From the NCBI GenBank assembly GCA_964016885.1, contig OZ024742.1, positions 294,500,001 through 294,564,000 on the forward strand: a stretch of 64,000 bases of DNA, read 5' to 3'. This DNA comes from Eledone cirrhosa. Lineage: Eukaryota. This document shows positions 61,501 through 64,000 of this stretch, one piece after another; the stretch's first letter is position 1; the number at the start of each line of letters is the position of its first letter. A program made the position numbers and the translations under genes. Under the pieces are notes generated by a model. The model saw only the letters and a list, made by a program, of their open reading frames with translations. It was not told where the DNA came from and made no database searches.

Positions 61501-63663
61501 CACATCTGTACTAAATGTACTTTAAATATATGCTGCATTCTAGCATAAATGTTTATGATTTAATAAATTACATTATAGTTATAATATATTTTCTTGTTTA
61601 TATATGAGTCTGAGGATACAACCAGATATATTTACTATATATTCATTGGTTTAGGAATCTGAGGAAACAACAGAACCAGAAACTAGGATGTTTAGTTCTT
61701 CCAAACTGATGAAAACTGCGAAATACAATAATGTAAGTTCAGTTTGATTTTATTATAATCTGTAAACAACATATTTCTATTCTCTCTTCATACCACTTCG
61801 ATAATCACTCTTACTAGAATCTTGCAGGAATTGGACCTATGACTTAGCTTAGTGTCCTAGTTATAGCAACTTCACAATATTTATATGTTCTTGACAAATA
61901 CACAAATGTTACAAGTGTCTCTTTCATCACATCTCCATTACTATCCTCCAGGGTAATACATTTACCATTCTATCCATTGAGATTATAAAGTAATATCTAT
62001 GAGGGGATGCTGGAAAGTTCCTGGCTTTGGGTAAAAGAAAATATAGGAAGATCAGTTTATTATGATTTCATTCAACATCAAATTCACACACTTATTGCAG
62101 CTTCTTCAGTTTTTCTAAGCCCTGTAAAAAGAACTCAGAAGGTTGGGCCTCCAATCAGGCCTCTGTTGTCTTTTAAAGCCAGCAAATTTTCAGCACTCCT
62201 CGTATGTGATGTTTTGCAAAGGACATGAGATGACAATGTTTCTAGATAAAACTATCCATGGTTTTATGACATGAAACTATATATTTTAAGGTGACTATAT
62301 TTATCTAAAAAACAGCCATTATATTTTTTCTAAGAAAATCCCGCCGAGGTTAACTTTGCCTTTCATCCTTACGGAGTCGATAAAATAAAGTACCAGTAAT
62401 GCACTGGGTAATTGCTGGCCTTGTGCCAAAAGTAGAAACAATTATATTTTTTCTAAGAACCTTTGTTAAATAATGTTCCAAGCACCAGTTTAAAAAGAAT
62501 AAAATTAGTTATATTACTAAATTCCTCCAAATTCTTGATTATTTTCAAAATTATTTAAAAATATTATAAAAAAATATTTAAAAATTCATTAGAAATATGA
62601 TAACAAAAGGTTTTTTTTTTTCTAGTCACATTTCAGTGCTATTCTCTGATTGACAATCCAACCAGCTTTTCGTCTGATAAATCCATCCTAACCACGTAAA
62701 AGGTCACAGAAAGAAGAAAATAATTATTCATGAGTAGAGCGTCAGACACCATGCTTTGAAGCATAGAGATAGCTCTCTTTACATTCTGAGTTCAAATCCT
62801 GCTGAGGTTAACTTTGTCTTTCATCCTTATGGGGTCGATAAAATAAAGCACCAGTAATGCACTGGAGTCGATTTAATCGACTTTACCCTCCCTCAAAAAC
62901 TGTTGGCCTTCTGCCTAAACAGAAACCATTATTCAAATTTCTTTTCTCCCCTGCCCCAAATAAAACTATAAACCTGGTGTTTGCCTGACTATTAGTCTGT
63001 TGAAGAAATCAATATTTCCTCTCCTGATTCTGTGTATTTATTTCAGAAAGACAATATGCAATCTTGGCTTCAAGAACAACTTGATTTTAGCTTGAAACCA
63101 TGTCGCTTTAAGTTACCTGTTGACAGTCGGGAACTGGAAGGTAACCACCAACAATCTTTCATTATCTTAAATTATGGCCATGCTTTGATGCATAGAGTTA
63201 CGGCCCTTGCCATCCTGAGTTCAAATCCCACCGAGGTTAACTTTGCCTTTCATCCTTACGGGGTCGATAAAATAAAGTACCAGTAATACACTGGGTAATT
63301 GCTGGCCTTGTGCCAAAAATTAGAAACAATTATCTTAAATTATGGTCTGAGTTCAAATCCCGCCAGGGTTAACTTTGCCTTTCATCCTTACGGGGTCGAT
63401 AAAATAAAGTACCAGTAATGCACTGGGATAATTGCTGGCCTTGTGCCAAAAGTAGAAATAATTATCTTAAATTATCATTTATTATACATTAACTTATATA
63501 GTAATTAAAAATGTCTGATTATTTTTCTCCAATCCTTTCCACAGAAACCAGCCCTGAAGAATATTTAAGAACACATTGCATTGTCACATCACAGTTCCAT
63601 AGTCTCTATAAGAATGTCTTCAGGAAATATCAGTCTCCAAACATGTTTCAGATTGAATATAAG
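49038..63663 (+). CDS. Uncharacterised multi-exon protein gene, 3'-partial (Ser-rich, basic and acidic low-complexity segments, then a more ordered region)
   Basis: Phase-consistent exon chain: 49038-49559 (first ATG 49083), 50715-50747, 51336-51502, 52415-52500, 54957-55010, 57198-57274, 59429-59676, 60792-60882 or 60927, 61655-61732, 63047(or 62996)-63140, 63545-63663. No stops when joined; family not recognised. Confidence 0.8.
49568..49745. repeat. 54-57-bp tandem repeat x3 (related units at 50355-50470)
   Basis: ccatctataat...acatctacaactaccactaccaccattaca. Confidence 0.9.
49997..50329. mobile_element. Possible TA-flanked MITE
   Basis: Imperfect TIR tattttcgagtcccaaataat / attatttgagacccagaagta. 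Confidence 0.5.
51336..51502 (+). CDS. Gene 2 exon (IVLENEPNLPSFVFPKDLHPKIFWRD...)
   Basis: tttcag acceptor, ag|gtaact donor, phase 0-2 fits neighbours. Confidence 0.75.
52070..52315 (-). mobile_element. Ancient V/Meta-domain-like SINE remnant (related copy about 30390-30860, split by a MITE)
   Basis: Degenerate tRNA head and central domain; the two copies resemble each other; family label from memory. Confidence 0.5.
52780..53235 (-). mobile_element. Old RTE RT fragment
   Basis: Reverse strand reads [13 protein letters not shown]...EFKTGCPGELLYADNL. Confidence 0.85.
53676..54531. repeat. (TTC/TCC)n homopyrimidine tract, about 860 bp
   Basis: Directly visible; almost purine-free. Confidence 0.98.
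54531..54840 (-). mobile_element. Expander/Rex3-like RTE 3' end
   Basis: Reverse strand reads LLLQIERSQLQYYGHVVRMSQER...TGKRPRGRP...WLDNI and runs into the (GAA)n tract. Confidence 0.8.
55130..55480. repeat. Compound (CAT)n/(TA)n/(CA)n low-complexity repeat
   Basis: Directly visible. Confidence 0.88.
55660..56027. repeat. About 47-bp degenerate tandem array
   Basis: Recurring tttatcattgtaccagcactact..cttaca. Confidence 0.85.
57198..57274 (+). CDS. Gene 2 basic exon (HSAGRKKKSKKRSKKTSSKKEKNRQ), NLS-like
   Basis: attcag acceptor, cag|gtattt donor, phase 1-0. Confidence 0.75.
58034..58373 (+). mobile_element. SINE family A (one internal repeat unit deleted)
   Basis: Head, body and tail match other copies. 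Confidence 0.9.
58490..58765 (+). mobile_element. Ancient LINE (RTE-like) 3' remnant
   Basis: Degenerate FGHMLCMP...RGRP...VENELADMGL. Confidence 0.5.
58950..59347. mobile_element. Older AT-rich TTAA MITE family (representative copy)
   Basis: Recurrent motifs ttaaccctttTGATACCAA and CATTAGAAATATGGTAACAAAAGGGttaa. Other pieces near 10540, 10730, 11195, 11750, 18960, 19890, 39330, 40060, 50790, 51530, 53340, 62280. Confidence 0.7.
59060..59247 (-). mobile_element. SINE family B nested in an AT-rich TTAA MITE
   Basis: TSD tgtaataat at 59051 and 59248. Confidence 0.88.
59429..59676 (+). CDS. Gene 2 acidic exon (NHLHDCKHFGTDSESSSEDED...ENEEEDENDEDELDGI)
   Basis: tttcag acceptor, aa|gtgagt donor, phase 0-2. 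Confidence 0.8.
59848..59888 (-). ncRNA. Degenerate minimal hammerhead-like motif
   Basis: Reverse: ctttg-CTGATGA-ggcca(agta)tgact-GAAA-catg-TC-tacag; palindromic stem III ACATGT. Confidence 0.5.
60004..60403 (+). mobile_element. SINE family A
   Basis: Full copy. Confidence 0.92.
60581..60764. mobile_element. hAT MITE
   Basis: cagtggttcctaaa / tttgggaaaccttg ends; degenerate 8-bp TSD gccttcag/gcctacat. Confidence 0.7.
62000..62202. mobile_element. Mariner-derived MITE
   Basis: TA flanks; imperfect TIR tgaggggatgctggaaagttcctggcttt / aaagccagcaaattttcagcactcctcg. Confidence 0.8.
62337..62440 (+). mobile_element. SINE family B, 5'-truncated
   Basis: Perfect 19-bp TSD attatattttttctaagaa. 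Confidence 0.88.
63047..63140 (+). CDS. Gene 2 exon (KDNMQSWLQEQLDFSLKPCRFKLPVDSRELE)
   Basis: tttcag acceptor (in-frame alternative at 62996), g|gtaacc donor. Confidence 0.75.
63176..63460 (+). mobile_element. Two tandem 5'-truncated SINE family B copies
   Basis: 15-bp attatcttaaattat present three times (63161, 63329, 63461). Confidence 0.88.
63545..63663 (+). CDS. Gene 2 exon (TSPEEYLRTHCIVTSQFHSLYKNVFRKY...)
   Basis: ccacag acceptor, aag|gtgact donor, phase 1-0. Confidence 0.78.
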
Positions 63664-64000
63664 GTGACTAACCTATATATCTATGTGTGTGTGGTGATGG
63701 TGGTGGTGGTGGGTGGTTGTACTGATGTGTGGAAATGAGTGGGAGGAGTGGTGAATGATGATGTTGGGAATTGAGTTTGTATGTATGGGAGTGGATGTGA
63801 TGGTGGTGGTGGAGATGATGATGTTGGTGGTGGATGGATATGTGTGAGGAGGCAGGGTAGGGATGATGATGTTGAAAGTTGGGCTTGTGTGTGTGTGTGT
63901 AGACGGAAGTATGTTGCCTAGTGGTTAGGATCTTGGCCTTATAAGGTTGTGGTTTTCATTCTGGACTAGCTGGTATGTTTTAACCTTGAGTAAGACACTC

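Noticed and set aside
61706-61730. CTGATGA...GAAA hammerhead-like string
   Set aside because: No stem II pairing and it lies inside a coding exon. Strings near 49868 and 52086 lack the GAAA box.
62637-62695. Additional exon of gene 2
   Set aside because: Has AG/GT ends, but its phase 2 end does not fit the next exon and gives a stop.

Overview
Eukaryotic, AT-rich, repeat-dense genomic DNA. The repeat landscape (RTE LINEs with (TGA)n tails, tRNA-derived and Nin-domain SINEs, abundant (TA)n/(CAT)n/(GT)n) suggests a mollusc, probably an octopod cephalopod; this is inference. The + strand carries 11 phase-consistent coding exons of peroxisomal acyl-CoA oxidase 3 (ACOX3, 10343-34883; catalytic YEGDN motif, C-terminal SKL; 5' exons not found in the window). 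It also carries the 5' part of a second, uncharacterised multi-exon gene (about 47330/49038 to beyond 63663). Introns and the spacer hold an 8.6-kb 19-bp minisatellite, seven larger RTE copies of several ages, a deleted mariner, hAT, piggyBac-type and mariner MITEs, and a 0.86-kb (TTC/TCC)n tract. Most notable: a C4HC3 PHD finger inserted inside the RTE reverse transcriptase, three minimal hammerhead-ribozyme-like motifs, inverted RTE copies bracketing the in-frame catalytic exon of ACOX3, and an inverted partial duplicate of an ACOX3 exon downstream of the gene. Everything was read by eye; repeat boundaries are approximate.
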